Shown: positions 1 to 10,393 of the stretch, piece after piece
How the letters are laid out: each line of letters starts with the position of its first letter
How positions within the stretch are numbered: position 1 is the stretch's first letter
NCBI GenBank assembly: GCA_965207375.1
Contig: OZ242274.1
Coordinates: 1,888,001 to 1,952,000, forward strand
DNA: 64,000 nt
Reading direction: 5' to 3'
From: Nitrosopumilaceae archaeon
GTDB lineage: Archaea > Thermoproteota > Nitrososphaeria > Nitrososphaerales > Nitrosopumilaceae
The notes under the pieces: generated by a model
What the model saw: only the letters and a program-made list of their open reading frames with translations
The model's database searches: none
Told to the model about the DNA's origin: nothing
Made by a program: the position numbers and the translations under genes

Positions 1-23
1 AGGCACCATTCAAGCAGACAGGA

Positions 24-1580
24 GTGTACGAGGTACAGATACTAGTTTCCTCCAAAAAGCCGTCTGAGGAGTCTATCCCTAAACGCAGTTTTGATGCATT
101 GTGGAAGGATACCTTTCATCTTAGGGTAAAGGATGGACAATTTACCCAGATGTTAGGAAGTGCATCAAACCCTATTCCAGATTCTGTTTCAAAAGTTTCT
201 TCTATTTGGATAGTTGTAATTGATCAATTTTCTTCGTTACATTCTTCATTTGAGATTAAACTCTCAAAATCTGACCCTCCCAAGATTACAAAAAGACAAG
301 AGGTGCAAAAATCAAAGACGACACAGTCTACTAATCATACGGATTCAGATAGGACTCGAGGTGGCAAGGATGAAACTAGTTCGTATGGGCTACGGGGAAG
401 CCGAGGTCTGCAGGGGCCGCCAGGTGACAAGGGACCAATGGGCCCTGTAGGAGTTGCAGGTGACAAGGGACCAATGGGCCCTGTAGGAGTTGCAGGTGAC
501 AAGGGACCACAAGGGGATAAAGGCACACAGGGAGATAAAGGTCTGACAGGGGAGAGAGGTCTCAGAGGTGACAAGGGAGTTACAGGTGACAAGGGCGATA
601 AGGGAGATAAAGGTCCGACAGGTCAGCCCGGTGACAAAGGAGAGAGAGGTCCGACAGGTCAGCCCGGTGACAAAGGTCCTTCGGGTCTACGTGGAATTCA
701 AGGTAACAAAGGGGATAAAGGATTAACAGGTCCGGTTGGAGATAAGGGTTCGATTGGTTTACGTGGCAGTGTAGGTCCGCTAGGTGACAAGGGGCCGCAT
801 GGTCCGGTAGGGGAAAAAGGCCTAACAGGAGACAAGGGGCCGACAGGGGAGAAAGGTCAGACAGGTACCATAGGTCCGGTTGGAGAAAAAGGATTGCAAG
901 GTCCGGTTGGAGAAAAAGGTCCCAAGGGGCCGCAGGGGCCGTTAGGTGATAAGGGACAACAAGGTCCGACAGGGCCGTTAGGTGATAAAGGATTAACAGG
1001 TCCGCAGGGGCCGCCAGGTGATAAAGGAATAGTAGGTCCCAAGGGGCCATTGGGAGAAAAAGGTACTACAGGGCCTGCAGGGACTGCAGGAGATAAGGGG
1101 CCGCAGGGGCCGCAGGGACCTGCAGGGGATAAGGGATTAACAGGAGTTCCAGGTCCGCATGGTGAAAAAGGAGAAAAAGGTCCGCAGGGGCCGCAGGGTG
1201 ACAAAGGTACTACAGGGCCGCCCGGTGCAGTAGGAGACAAGGGGCCGCAGGGGCCACAGGGGCCGCAGGGTGAGCGTGGGCCTCAGGGTGCAGCAGGAGA
1301 AAAAGGTCCGCAGGGGCCACAGGGAATTCAAGGACCACAAGGTGAGCGTGGACCACTAGGTCCTGAAGGTCCAAAAGGAGAGGCAGGCCCACGAGGTCAA
1401 CAAGGTCCAGTAGGTCCAGCAGGTCCTGCAGGTCCACCGGGGCCGCCAGGAGACAAGGGTTCATCCGGCAATATGTCTGATGCCCAAAAGGCACTGTTCA
1501 AAGAATTGCTAGAGCTTTTGACTGAAAAAAATGTAATTACTACCGAAGAGCAGATCAGACTGATGAGTAATCTCTACTAG
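24..1580 (+). CDS. Collagen-like protein (long Gly-X-Y tract); may extend 5' beyond the window
   Basis: About 120 consecutive G-X-Y triplets (GDK/GPQ/GEK) between globular N- and C-termini; frame is open to the window edge. Confidence 0.9.
   Translation: MYEVQILVSSKKPSEESIPKRSFDALWKDTFHLRVKDGQFTQMLGSASNPIPDSVSKVSSIWIVVIDQFSSLHSSFEIKLSKSDPPKITKRQEVQKSKTTQSTNHTDSDRTRGGKDETSSYGLRGSRGLQGPPGDKGPMGPVGVAGDKGPMGPVGVAGDKGPQGDKGTQGDKGLTGERGLRGDKGVTGDKGDKGDKGPTGQPGDKGERGPTGQPGDKGPSGLRGIQGNKGDKGLTGPVGDKGSIGLRGSVGPLGDKGPHGPVGEKGLTGDKGPTGEKGQTGTIGPVGEKGLQGPVGEKGPKGPQGPLGDKGQQGPTGPLGDKGLTGPQGPPGDKGIVGPKGPLGEKGTTGPAGTAGDKGPQGPQGPAGDKGLTGVPGPHGEKGEKGPQGPQGDKGTTGPPGAVGDKGPQGPQGPQGERGPQGAAGEKGPQGPQGIQGPQGERGPLGPEGPKGEAGPRGQQGPVGPAGPAGPPGPPGDKGSSGNMSDAQKALFKELLELLTEKNVITTEEQIRLMSNLY
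421..509 (+). repeat. 36-bp tandem repeat (about 2.5 copies) in collagen gene
   Basis: caggtgacaagggaccaatgggccctgtaggagttg repeated exactly. Confidence 0.9.
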
Positions 1581-1615
1581 TAACCTTTTCAAGTACCTAG
1601 TTGTACTTTACTAGT

Positions 1616-1903
1616 ATGAGTGAAAATAAAGAAAAAATAGAATTTGAAATTCAAGACTACAAGCGCATTGAAAACGAATATGTTTCGTTTAGACTAGAGG
1701 ATGGAACCATTGTCAAAGTAAAGGTGGATTTGGACAGAGTAGGCAAGGCCACTAATTACAAAAATCCCGACGGGACTCCACACTATGCAATCAACACTGC
1801 AATAAAACTTTCAATTCTTCCGGCAGAAAAAAAATTCACTGTTGAAAAAAATTCGTTAAAAAATAACAGTCAAAAATCTCCGCCGGGACAAATGTTTAGT
1901 TAA
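1616..1903 (+). CDS. Hypothetical protein
   Basis: 95-aa ORF from ATG 1616, co-oriented with collagen gene. Confidence 0.75.
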   Translation: MSENKEKIEFEIQDYKRIENEYVSFRLEDGTIVKVKVDLDRVGKATNYKNPDGTPHYAINTAIKLSILPAEKKFTVEKNSLKNNSQKSPPGQMFS

Positions 1904-1972
1904 TTTTAAGAAATTAGAAAAAGGTAAACGAATCGTCTTTGATTGACGATTGTTAGTTTAAAGTCGATTTTA

Positions 1973-2308
1973 TTATCGTCTTCGTTTTGCTGTTTTTCTC
2001 TTAGGAGCTGCCTTTCTTTTTGGAGCGGCTTTTCTCTTAGGAGCTGCCTTTTTGGCTGCAGTCTTTTTTGCTGTTTTTCTCTTAGGAGCTGCCTTTCTTT
2101 TTGGAGCGGCTTTTCTCTTAGGAGCTGCCTTTTTGGCTGCAGTCTTTTTTGCTGTTTTTCTCTTAGGAGCTGCCTTTCTTTTTGGAGCGGCTTTTCTCTT
2201 AGGAGCTGCCTTTTTGGCTGCAGTCTTTTTTGCTGTTTTTCTCTTAGGAGCTGCCTTTCTTTTTGGAGCGGCTTTTCTCTTAGGAGCTGCTTTTCTTTTT
2301 GTTGCCAT
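1973..2308 (-). CDS. Lys/Arg/Ala/Pro-rich histone H1-like basic protein
   Basis: MATKRKAAPKRKAAP...; made almost entirely of K, R, A, P and T. Confidence 0.8.
   Translation of the reverse strand: MATKRKAAPKRKAAPKRKAAPKRKTAKKTAAKKAAPKRKAAPKRKAAPKRKTAKKTAAKKAAPKRKAAPKRKAAPKRKTAKKTAAKKAAPKRKAAPKRKAAPKRKTAKRRR
1986..2290. repeat. 81-bp tandem repeat (about 3.7 copies)
   Basis: Exact 27-codon unit KKAAPKRKAAPKRKAAPKRKTAKKTAA. Confidence 0.9.
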
Positions 2309-2425
2309 TAACAAACCGACAATTTCATTGCTTTTCAGTAGCTAAACTAAAAAAAATTACACAAACTGATAACTAATTGTAAACGAAATTGTAACAAAAA
2401 AATTTTATTTCTGATCGTAAATTGA

Positions 2426-2602
2426 TCAATAGACACTTTCAGAGGACGGTCTTTTGCCCTGAAACCAACTAATATTGTTACAAATTGTGCACCTATACCT
2501 TCTTCTACGTTTGTAAGTTGCCATTTTTGCAATAAAAACAAGCTCCTGTCTTGTCTTTGCTATGCAAAAACTGCACCATCTGTATTCAAATTCTTGATCC
2601 AT
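2426..2602 (-). CDS. Small Zn-ribbon protein (58 aa, not in ORF track)
   Basis: Hand translation MDQEFEYRWCSFCIAKTRQELVFIAKMATYKRRRRYRCTICNNISWFQGKRPSSESVY; two CxxC; starts just after the DRG gene. Confidence 0.75.
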   Translation of the reverse strand: MDQEFEYRWCSFCIAKTRQELVFIAKMATYKRRRRYRCTICNNISWFQGKRPSSESVY

Positions 2603-2624
2603 GTTGATCCTTGTTTTGATAAAA

Positions 2625-3734
2625 TCAAACTCCTTTTACCTTAATTATTGTCAAAACATCCTCGTCTTGCATGATGTGGTTGAGTCCCACCCTTTGACCT
2701 CCAAACTTTACGCTGTTTCCCCAGACCAGGCCGTATCTGAACTGTTTTCTCATTTTTCTATGAAGCTTGTTGCAAATGTCTTCAACTGTATCACCATCTC
2801 TTGCAATTAACGGTTCTTTAAAATCAGTTTGTCCACCCTTAGGTCTCATGTATATCCTAATGAAACTAAGTTTTTCGTAGATTTTTTCTTTTAGCAATTC
2901 AATGTTGATGTCTGCATTAGCTGAGACCTCAATTACATCTGATTTTATTTTTGTTTTCAAATCTTGTCTGAAATCTTCATCGACTAGATCAATTTTGTTA
3001 AGAATCGTAAGCGATTTTGAATAACTAATGTTTCCTGCAATGTGATCAGCTAGTTGCTCTGAAGTTAAATCCTCACGAACCACAACTCTTGCACTAGTCA
3101 TTCCATAGATATGCAAAATGTCCTTAAGATGTTTTTCTGTAATTTTTGTAAGTTTGACTTGCTGAGCAATTGCAATACCGCCCATGGCAGATTTTTCAAT
3201 TGTAATATTTGGCGGTAGTTGATTTAATCTTATTCCAATTCCTCCAAGTTCGTTTGTTAGAACATCTTCATGATACGGTTGGAACACGTCTAGTACAAGC
3301 AGAACTAAATCAGCACTTCTTGCAACAGAAAGAATTCTTTTTCCAAGTCCTTTTCCTGTTGATGCCCCCTTTATAATTCCCGGAAGATCTAAAACCTGAA
3401 TTTTTGCACCACGATAATCCATCATGCCGGGAACTACTGTCAGGGTAGTAAACTGGTATGCCCCTACCTCTGATTTGGCTCCGGTTAATTTGTTAAGTAA
3501 TGTGGATTTTCCAACACTTGGAAGACCAATAAACACAACTGTTGCATCGCCGGAACGCCGGACGTCGAACCCGTCGGATTTTATTCCACTTTTTTTTGCA
3601 ACATTGTCCTCTTGCTCGCGTTTTAATTTTGCAATTTTTGCTTTTAGTAATCCCAAATGATGTTCTGTAGCTTTGTTAATCTGAGTCTTTGCCATCTCAT
3701 CTTCAATGGCTTTGATTTTTTCGGGAATTCCCAT
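2625..3734 (-). CDS. DRG/OBG-family GTPase with TGS domain
   Basis: GLPSVGKST, YQFTT, DLPG, NKID motifs; C-terminal TGS. Confidence 0.95.
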   Translation of the reverse strand: MGIPEKIKAIEDEMAKTQINKATEHHLGLLKAKIAKLKREQEDNVAKKSGIKSDGFDVRRSGDATVVFIGLPSVGKSTLLNKLTGAKSEVGAYQFTTLTVVPGMMDYRGAKIQVLDLPGIIKGASTGKGLGKRILSVARSADLVLLVLDVFQPYHEDVLTNELGGIGIRLNQLPPNITIEKSAMGGIAIAQQVKLTKITEKHLKDILHIYGMTSARVVVREDLTSEQLADHIAGNISYSKSLTILNKIDLVDEDFRQDLKTKIKSDVIEVSANADINIELLKEKIYEKLSFIRIYMRPKGGQTDFKEPLIARDGDTVEDICNKLHRKMRKQFRYGLVWGNSVKFGGQRVGLNHIMQDEDVLTIIKVKGV

Positions 3735-3895
3735 TTATCTCATCAAAGGTTTTGTCCTTTCAAATAATATCTTATTGCTTCTAAACTGTGATTTCTTAAA
3801 ATAATTTTCAGATTTATTGACGTGTTTTAACAATCTCATTTGATGATTTTGCTAGTATTGGTAGGAAATATTATCAGGTTAAATTACTGGATTTT

Positions 3896-4591
3896 GTGAA
3901 ATTAAAGACGTTTGCAGTAGATATTGACGGTACAATTACAGAAAATGGGGGAGGTCGCATTCATTTAGAGGCAGTGTCTGCCTTGCGACATTTAAAAAAC
4001 CAGGGACACAATATTGTTTTTGTGACCGGAAGATCGTCTGTTGAAGGATATTTGCTTTCAATATTTGGAGGTACAGGCAACATTGCAGTTGGAGAAAACG
4101 GAGGCTGCATTACATTTGGAAATCATGAGCACAAATTACTTGGCAACATAGATCAGTGTAAAAATGCGTTGAATTTGTTAAGATCGAAAATTGGCAATGT
4201 CAAAGAAAAGGCAGTGTTTCCACGTATGACAGAGGTGGTTTTAGAACGCACATTTGACATAGAACAGGCCAAAAACATTGTTTCTGAGAAAAGCCTGATG
4301 GTGGAATTATCAGATAGTCAGTATGCATTTCATATTAATTCTAGTGGAATAGATAAAGGATACGGATTTAGAGAGGCTATGAATATGCTATCGGTTGATT
4401 CGTCTGATGTTATTGCAATTGGCGACAGCAGTACAGATATTCCACTGTTCAATGTAGCAAAGACTAGTATCGCACTAGGAAATGCATTTGAGGATGTAAA
4501 GTCACATGCTACTATAACAGTTACAGGAAAGGCAGGCGAGGGGGTCATCGAGGCATTGAATTTACTTGCCCCTAAATCATTTGAGGTATAA
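3896..4591 (+). CDS. HAD-IIB hydrolase (phosphoglycolate phosphatase-like)
   Basis: DIDGT, TGR, GDSSTD motifs. Confidence 0.9.
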   Translation: MKLKTFAVDIDGTITENGGGRIHLEAVSALRHLKNQGHNIVFVTGRSSVEGYLLSIFGGTGNIAVGENGGCITFGNHEHKLLGNIDQCKNALNLLRSKIGNVKEKAVFPRMTEVVLERTFDIEQAKNIVSEKSLMVELSDSQYAFHINSSGIDKGYGFREAMNMLSVDSSDVIAIGDSSTDIPLFNVAKTSIALGNAFEDVKSHATITVTGKAGEGVIEALNLLAPKSFEV

Positions 4592-4592
4592 A

Positions 4593-6473
4593 ATGACATT
4601 TAGTTTACTTTTAGATGAAATCAAGGTCAACATCTCAAAAATTTTATCCGAATTAAAGATGTCTGATGTAAATTATACTGTGGAACCTGCAAGGCCAGGT
4701 TTTGGAGATGTTACGTGTAATGTGTCGTTTTTGCTTTCAAAACACCTCAAAAAGACACCATTGGAAATTGCAAAAATCATCTCTGGAAAATATTCAAAGG
4801 ATCTTGGCAAATATGTGTCAGTGGTAAACGCACATCCTTCAGGATATCTAAATTTTGAGGCAAACATGAAGATACTAAATAAGATAATCATCGAAGATTC
4901 GATAAAGGAAAATTACGGTTGTGTAGATATAGGACATACATCACGAGTAATAGTAGAACATACTAGTGTGAATCCAAACAAGGCGTTGCACATAGGTCAT
5001 GTACGCAACATCGTGATAGGAGATACGGTCTCTAGAATTCTACGTAAGGCAAACTATGATGTTGCTGTTCTCAACTATATTGATGATTCAGGATTACAGG
5101 TAGCCGATATTGTTTTAGGATTTAAAAAGCTCGGATTTTCAACAGAGCCGCCGGGCAACACCAAATTTGATCATTATTGTGGAGATAAAGTGTATGTAAA
5201 AACGACGCAAGAATATGACAAACATCCCGAATTGAAAAATGTCAGAAACGACATACTACGGGATATTGAGGAGGGTACATCTGATACTGCCAAATTTGCC
5301 GATTCTGTAACAAAGCGTGTTTTACAGGCACAGCTACAGACATGTTGGAATCTTTCTGTAACTTATGACTGCCTAAACTATGAATCACAGATAGTTAGGT
5401 CTGGTCTGTGGAGTGACATATTTGAAAAACTAAAGGACATGAATTTGATCGAGTTTGAAAAAGATGGCGATAATGCAGGATGTTGGGTAATCAGGGGAGA
5501 TAAAGAAAAAGACAAGGTGATCGTAAGAAGTAATGGTACTGCAACATACATTGCAAAAGATATCCCCTATGCTGCATGGAAGCTGAGCCTAGTTGATGAT
5601 CCATTTTATTACGAACAGTACAAAAATGCAGAGTTTAACACAAGACATCTTTGGAGTACCACGTTACAAGATACTGGAATAAAAAAAGACTTTACAGGAG
5701 ACAAGGTGATTACAGTCATTGATTCTAGACAAAGCAATCTTCAAAAAATCATAACCAGCATTATGGGAAAATTCAAATCATCGGCTGATGCATACATACA
5801 TCTAGGGTATGAATCAGTTACATTAAGTTCAGATACTGCGCGCGTACTTGGAATAAAGACAGAAGGTAAACAGACACAGATGTCTGGAAGAAGTGGGCTA
5901 TATGTAAATGCAGATTCTGTTTTTGAAATGCTAATTGAAAAATCTGCAACTGAGACGAAAAGACGCAATCCGGATTTGAATGAAAAACAAATTCTCGAAA
6001 TTGCAAAGATCGTGTCTGTGGGAACGTTGCGTTATGAAATGATAAAACAGGATTTAGACAAGATTATTAATTTTGATCTTGTCAAGTCTCTAAGTTTGGA
6101 AGGCGATACTGCTCCATATATCCAGTACACGCATGCCAGAGCATCTAGAATTATTGAAAAATCAGTCATGACTCCAAATATGGATGCGCATTATGAATTG
6201 CTAAATAACGAATATGAAAAAAACCTCATAAAGCACATAGGATTGTTTGAAAATGCAGTGGGAGATTCTGCCCGTAATTTATCTCCAAAGGTCATCGCCC
6301 GATATTGCCACGATCTAGCAGTTATCTTTAACTCCTTTTACGAGCATGTCAAGGTTTTAGATTCTGAGGATTCAGAACTAGTCAACGCTAGGATGTGTCT
6401 TGTTTTATCCTGTAAAACTACACTAAAAAACGCATTATCCATGTTAGGAATTGATGCACCATCTAGAATGTAG
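4593..6473 (+). CDS. argS: Arginine--tRNA ligase
   Basis: VEHTSVNPNKALHIGHVRN (HIGH), GDTAPYIQYTHARA, C-terminal LGIDAPSRM. Confidence 0.97.
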   Translation: MTFSLLLDEIKVNISKILSELKMSDVNYTVEPARPGFGDVTCNVSFLLSKHLKKTPLEIAKIISGKYSKDLGKYVSVVNAHPSGYLNFEANMKILNKIIIEDSIKENYGCVDIGHTSRVIVEHTSVNPNKALHIGHVRNIVIGDTVSRILRKANYDVAVLNYIDDSGLQVADIVLGFKKLGFSTEPPGNTKFDHYCGDKVYVKTTQEYDKHPELKNVRNDILRDIEEGTSDTAKFADSVTKRVLQAQLQTCWNLSVTYDCLNYESQIVRSGLWSDIFEKLKDMNLIEFEKDGDNAGCWVIRGDKEKDKVIVRSNGTATYIAKDIPYAAWKLSLVDDPFYYEQYKNAEFNTRHLWSTTLQDTGIKKDFTGDKVITVIDSRQSNLQKIITSIMGKFKSSADAYIHLGYESVTLSSDTARVLGIKTEGKQTQMSGRSGLYVNADSVFEMLIEKSATETKRRNPDLNEKQILEIAKIVSVGTLRYEMIKQDLDKIINFDLVKSLSLEGDTAPYIQYTHARASRIIEKSVMTPNMDAHYELLNNEYEKNLIKHIGLFENAVGDSARNLSPKVIARYCHDLAVIFNSFYEHVKVLDSEDSELVNARMCLVLSCKTTLKNALSMLGIDAPSRM

Positions 6474-6647
6474 TCAAGCAAAAAACAGATTATGATTCTA
6501 GTCGCATCAGATGTAAAGTACAAGTATGATATTATCGTGTTAGGTTAGATTGCCTTTAGCACATAGGATACGGATTGATTTGGAACTGACTATGAGTCAA
6601 TGGTGGACAAATTAAATGCATATATTTTACCAATTTCAATATACAGT

Positions 6648-7175
6648 GTGACAATAACTGCATTGATAATATTGGAGGGAATTGTTCAAGGAGTAGGTCT
6701 ACGATATGCGGTCAGATACAAGGCAAGACGACATAATCTTGCAGGATATGTAAAAAACCACGATAATGGTACCGTGGAGATCTCTTGCAGTGGTAAAAGA
6801 ACCGACATGGACGGATTCATACAAGACATAAAGGAATTGGCAGAACCAATTATAATTGACAATGTTAACACGAGCTATTCTGAAATTCAAAAGCATTCTG
6901 GTACATTTAAGATAGTGACAGGAGATCAGGTAGATGAGATGGTAGAGGGTTTTTCTACAGGTTTTATGTATCTGGAAAAACTGAACCAAAAGCAAGATGT
7001 AATGATTGAGAAACAAGATGTAATGATTGAGAAACAAGATGTAATGATTGAGAAACAAAAAGAAACAGTAAAGGAGATTCGTGATCTTTCTTCAAACATT
7101 CATGATACACTTGACTCTAGATTCGAAAGGATTGAAAGTGAGATATCTGAAATAAAGACAAAGATCAACATATGA
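6648..7175 (+). CDS. Acylphosphatase with C-terminal coiled coil
   Basis: GIVQGVGLR and GYVKN motifs; heptad tail; GTG start at 6648 assumed. Confidence 0.85.
   Translation: MTITALIILEGIVQGVGLRYAVRYKARRHNLAGYVKNHDNGTVEISCSGKRTDMDGFIQDIKELAEPIIIDNVNTSYSEIQKHSGTFKIVTGDQVDEMVEGFSTGFMYLEKLNQKQDVMIEKQDVMIEKQDVMIEKQKETVKEIRDLSSNIHDTLDSRFERIESEISEIKTKINI
6993..7058 (+). repeat. 21-bp tandem repeat x3
   Basis: caagatgtaatgattgagaaa encoding QDVMIEK. Confidence 0.95.
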
Positions 7176-7274
7176 AAATATGTTTATTGTATTTGTGTGA
7201 CTAAATTCTGAATAACTTTTTTCCAAGAGGCCATAATCAGTAGGTTATTATCTAAAATGTTTTGACAAATATTT

Positions 7275-8063
7275 GTGACTAGAATCAAAAGAAATTCCCA
7301 AGTGTTATTTTATTATAACAATTCAAAAAAATGGCTTGTCAAAGTATCTACAAAGGAGGAACTGCACACCCACATAGGTGTTATCAAACATCGCGATGCA
7401 ATAGGAAAGGAATACGGTTCTAGAATATTTACAAACAAAGACAAGTATGTCTACCTACTAGAGCCTACGATTCATGATTACATAATGAAACTACAACATG
7501 GGACACAGATTGTTTATCCTAAAGAGTTAGGATATATTGTCTCACGTGCAGGAATCCAAAACGGTCAAAAAATTGTAGAGATAGGTACAGGAAGTGGTTC
7601 GCTGACTAGTTTTGTTGCAGGCATTGTAAAGCCGAGGGGACACGTGTATACCTTTGATGTTGATTCTAAGTTTATGAAAATTGCCGAAAAAAATATTGCA
7701 AGGGCAGGACTGTCAAAATATGTTACACAAAAGAAACTAGATCTTAAAACCTCCAAGTCGATTCCAGTCAAGGAGGCAGATGTCGCACTAGTGGATTTAG
7801 GTGACCCTTGGACTGTAATTCCCAAAATTCGTCAGATGTTAAAGGGTAGCGGTGCAGTGTTTGCAGTATGTCCAACAATGAATCAGTTGGAAAAACTAAC
7901 AGTAGAGCTAAAACAAAACGAATTTACAGATATTGAATCTACAGAGTTAATTCTCAGAAATATCGAGGCACGTGAGGGAAAAACACGTCATTCCTTTCAG
8001 GGCATAGGACATACAACCTATCTATGCTTTGCCCGTAAGGCGTTTTTTGATGAAAGGCCTTAG
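7275..8063 (+). CDS. trmI: tRNA (adenine-57/58-N1)-methyltransferase
   Basis: TQIVYPKE, EIGTGSGSLT, DLGDPW, GHTTYL. Confidence 0.93.
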   Translation: MTRIKRNSQVLFYYNNSKKWLVKVSTKEELHTHIGVIKHRDAIGKEYGSRIFTNKDKYVYLLEPTIHDYIMKLQHGTQIVYPKELGYIVSRAGIQNGQKIVEIGTGSGSLTSFVAGIVKPRGHVYTFDVDSKFMKIAEKNIARAGLSKYVTQKKLDLKTSKSIPVKEADVALVDLGDPWTVIPKIRQMLKGSGAVFAVCPTMNQLEKLTVELKQNEFTDIESTELILRNIEAREGKTRHSFQGIGHTTYLCFARKAFFDERP

Positions 8064-8110
8064 GAAAAAAATCCAAATAAGATTTATTCTGCAAGATATG
8101 CTAAAACATA

Positions 8111-8974
8111 TTGAAAAATATCAGTATGACTCCTACATTAGCCAAAAAATTCATTCCTGCCAGAAGTCAAGATTCGCGCAAGGGAGAAAACGGAATTGTG
8201 TTGATTGTGGGGGGCAGTCACATATATCATGGTGCACCTGTTTTATCCTCATTGGCTGCTTTGCGCGGAGGCACCGACCTAGTCTATACAGCAGTACCTA
8301 AAATTCATGCGAGTGCAACGCGGGCCATTTCTCCGAGTTTGATAGTTCTTCCCATAGTTGATCAGAAATTGACTCGTGGTTCGGTGACAAAGCTGCTTGG
8401 ATTAGTACCCAAAAATCTTGATTCAGCAGCTATTGGAATGGGTCTAGCAATACAAGAGATAGGAGCATTGAAAAATTTAATCAAATCTCTTTTGGATTGC
8501 GACGTGCGTTTGTCATTGGATGCAGGTGCACTAGTAGGTGATGTTTTGCCCCTATTGAAGAACAAAAATGTGATAGTTACTCCACATGCAGGCGAATTTA
8601 AAAGATTGTTTGGACAAAGCCTGCCTGAAAGTCCTAAACAGAGGATACACCTGACTGAAAAAATGGCAACAAGGTACGGAATTACGATTTTGCTCAAAGG
8701 CACAATTGATGTCATAACCGATGGAAAATCTACATATCTTTACTCCAAAAAAACTCCAGCAATGACTGTAGGTGGAACAGGTGATGTATTATCGGGACTA
8801 GTTGCAGCAATGTTGGCAAAAAATCGCAAGCCTCTAGAATCGGCAGCAGCAGCTGCTTTTATCAACGGTACCGCAGGTAAAAGAGCCCAGAAAAAATTCG
8901 GCCTACACATGACTCCGATGGATCTGATACCAGAAATTGTAAATACATTAAAACCATTTGATATTATAAAATGA
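8111..8974 (+). CDS. nnrD: ADP/ATP-dependent NAD(P)H-hydrate dehydratase
   Basis: GGSxxYHGAP, TPHAGEF, GGTGDVLSG. Confidence 0.92.
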   Translation: MKNISMTPTLAKKFIPARSQDSRKGENGIVLIVGGSHIYHGAPVLSSLAALRGGTDLVYTAVPKIHASATRAISPSLIVLPIVDQKLTRGSVTKLLGLVPKNLDSAAIGMGLAIQEIGALKNLIKSLLDCDVRLSLDAGALVGDVLPLLKNKNVIVTPHAGEFKRLFGQSLPESPKQRIHLTEKMATRYGITILLKGTIDVITDGKSTYLYSKKTPAMTVGGTGDVLSGLVAAMLAKNRKPLESAAAAAFINGTAGKRAQKKFGLHMTPMDLIPEIVNTLKPFDIIK

Positions 8975-10329
8975 GAAAAATCCTCAAGCATGTCGATTCA
9001 GACATGAGCAGTCTGATTGGCAACCTTCAAGTGCTGATTCGACAACCTAGTGTTTCAGCTAAAAATGAAGGCATACAAGAATGTGCTAAAATAGTAAGCA
9101 AAATGCTGGACAATGCAGGGATACATTCGCAAATTTTGCATCTAGGCAAAAATGTCGCACCACTTGTTTATGGAGAGATAAAATCAAAGAGTAATCCAAA
9201 CAAAACCCTGCTTTTTTACAATCATTACGATGTCCAGCCTGTAGAGCCATTTGATTTGTGGGATGATCCTCCGTTTAGTGGCAAAATTAAAGGTAACAAG
9301 ATTTTTGGTCGCGGTGCAACCGATGACAAGGGCGAGCTTGTCACACGAATCAAGGCAGCAGAGGCGTTTCTCAAAGTTACAGGCGATGTTCCATGTAACA
9401 TCAAGTTTGTCATAGAGGGAGAAGAAGAAACAGGTAGCAAGCACATAGAACAGTACCTCAAAAAATACCAAAGTAAATTTTCATGCGATGGCATAATTTG
9501 GGAGTTTGGATATGTAGATTCCAAAAACAGACCAATCATAGGACTTGGAATGAAGGGACTCTTGTTTGTAGAGTTGTCAATAAAAGAATCGGTTCGTGAT
9601 GCTCATTCAAGTCTTGCAGTAATTATCAGAAATCCTGCATGGATGCTAGTTGATACAATCAATACATTGAGAAATTCAGACGGCAAAATACTGATCAAGG
9701 ATTGGTATAAGGAGACAAAACCGTTTACGAAAAAAGAACTTGAGTTAATTGACCTAGAACCATTTGATTCGGCGTCATTTAAAAAAGAATTTGGCATAAA
9801 GGAGTTCGTTGGAAAAAAGACAGGACATGATGCAAAAAAGGCGCTTGCAGGAGATGCAACCTGCAATATTGCAGGGTTTTATTCGGGATATACAGGACAG
9901 GGTGCAAAAACAGTACTACCAGGATCTGCTGCGGTAAAGATTGATTTTAGATTAATTCCAGGAATGATTCCAGACAGACAAGTGTCTAGACTAAAACAGC
10001 ATCTAAAGTCCAAGGGGTTTGGCGATGTCAAAATCAAAGTGTATCATGGAGAGGCTGCGGCCCGAACAAAATCCTCAGAGCCTCTTGTCAAATGTATAAA
10101 AGATGCTGCCGATGAAATCTTTGGAGAATCCATACTAAATGTCTCAAATGCAGGTACCGGACCCATGCATTCATTTGTCAATATACTTGGTGCGCCATGC
10201 GTCAGTTTTGGTAGCACCTACATGTTTTCCAGAATACACTCACCAAACGAGTTTGCCAGAATCGATCTGCTGCAAAAAACTACAAAGTCCATTTGTATCA
10301 TAATGGAGAATTTTTCCAAGCAGGCATAA
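8971..10329 (+). CDS. M20/M25/M40 family metallopeptidase
   Basis: HYDVQP, GRGATDDKG, EGEEE, HSPNE. Confidence 0.93.
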   Translation: MRKILKHVDSDMSSLIGNLQVLIRQPSVSAKNEGIQECAKIVSKMLDNAGIHSQILHLGKNVAPLVYGEIKSKSNPNKTLLFYNHYDVQPVEPFDLWDDPPFSGKIKGNKIFGRGATDDKGELVTRIKAAEAFLKVTGDVPCNIKFVIEGEEETGSKHIEQYLKKYQSKFSCDGIIWEFGYVDSKNRPIIGLGMKGLLFVELSIKESVRDAHSSLAVIIRNPAWMLVDTINTLRNSDGKILIKDWYKETKPFTKKELELIDLEPFDSASFKKEFGIKEFVGKKTGHDAKKALAGDATCNIAGFYSGYTGQGAKTVLPGSAAVKIDFRLIPGMIPDRQVSRLKQHLKSKGFGDVKIKVYHGEAAARTKSSEPLVKCIKDAADEIFGESILNVSNAGTGPMHSFVNILGAPCVSFGSTYMFSRIHSPNEFARIDLLQKTTKSICIIMENFSKQA

Positions 10330-10393
10330 GATCATAATTTTACTCAAAATTCCAGAGAAAGCCCTTTTATTATACTGCCAATTCACAACAAGT

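Noticed and set aside
220-1494. Overlapping and antisense ORFs in the collagen gene
   Set aside because: Shadow frames caused by Gly-X-Y codon periodicity
1943-2345. Plus-strand Cys/Phe-rich and hydrophobic repeat ORFs
   Set aside because: Antisense shadows of the Lys-rich repeat gene
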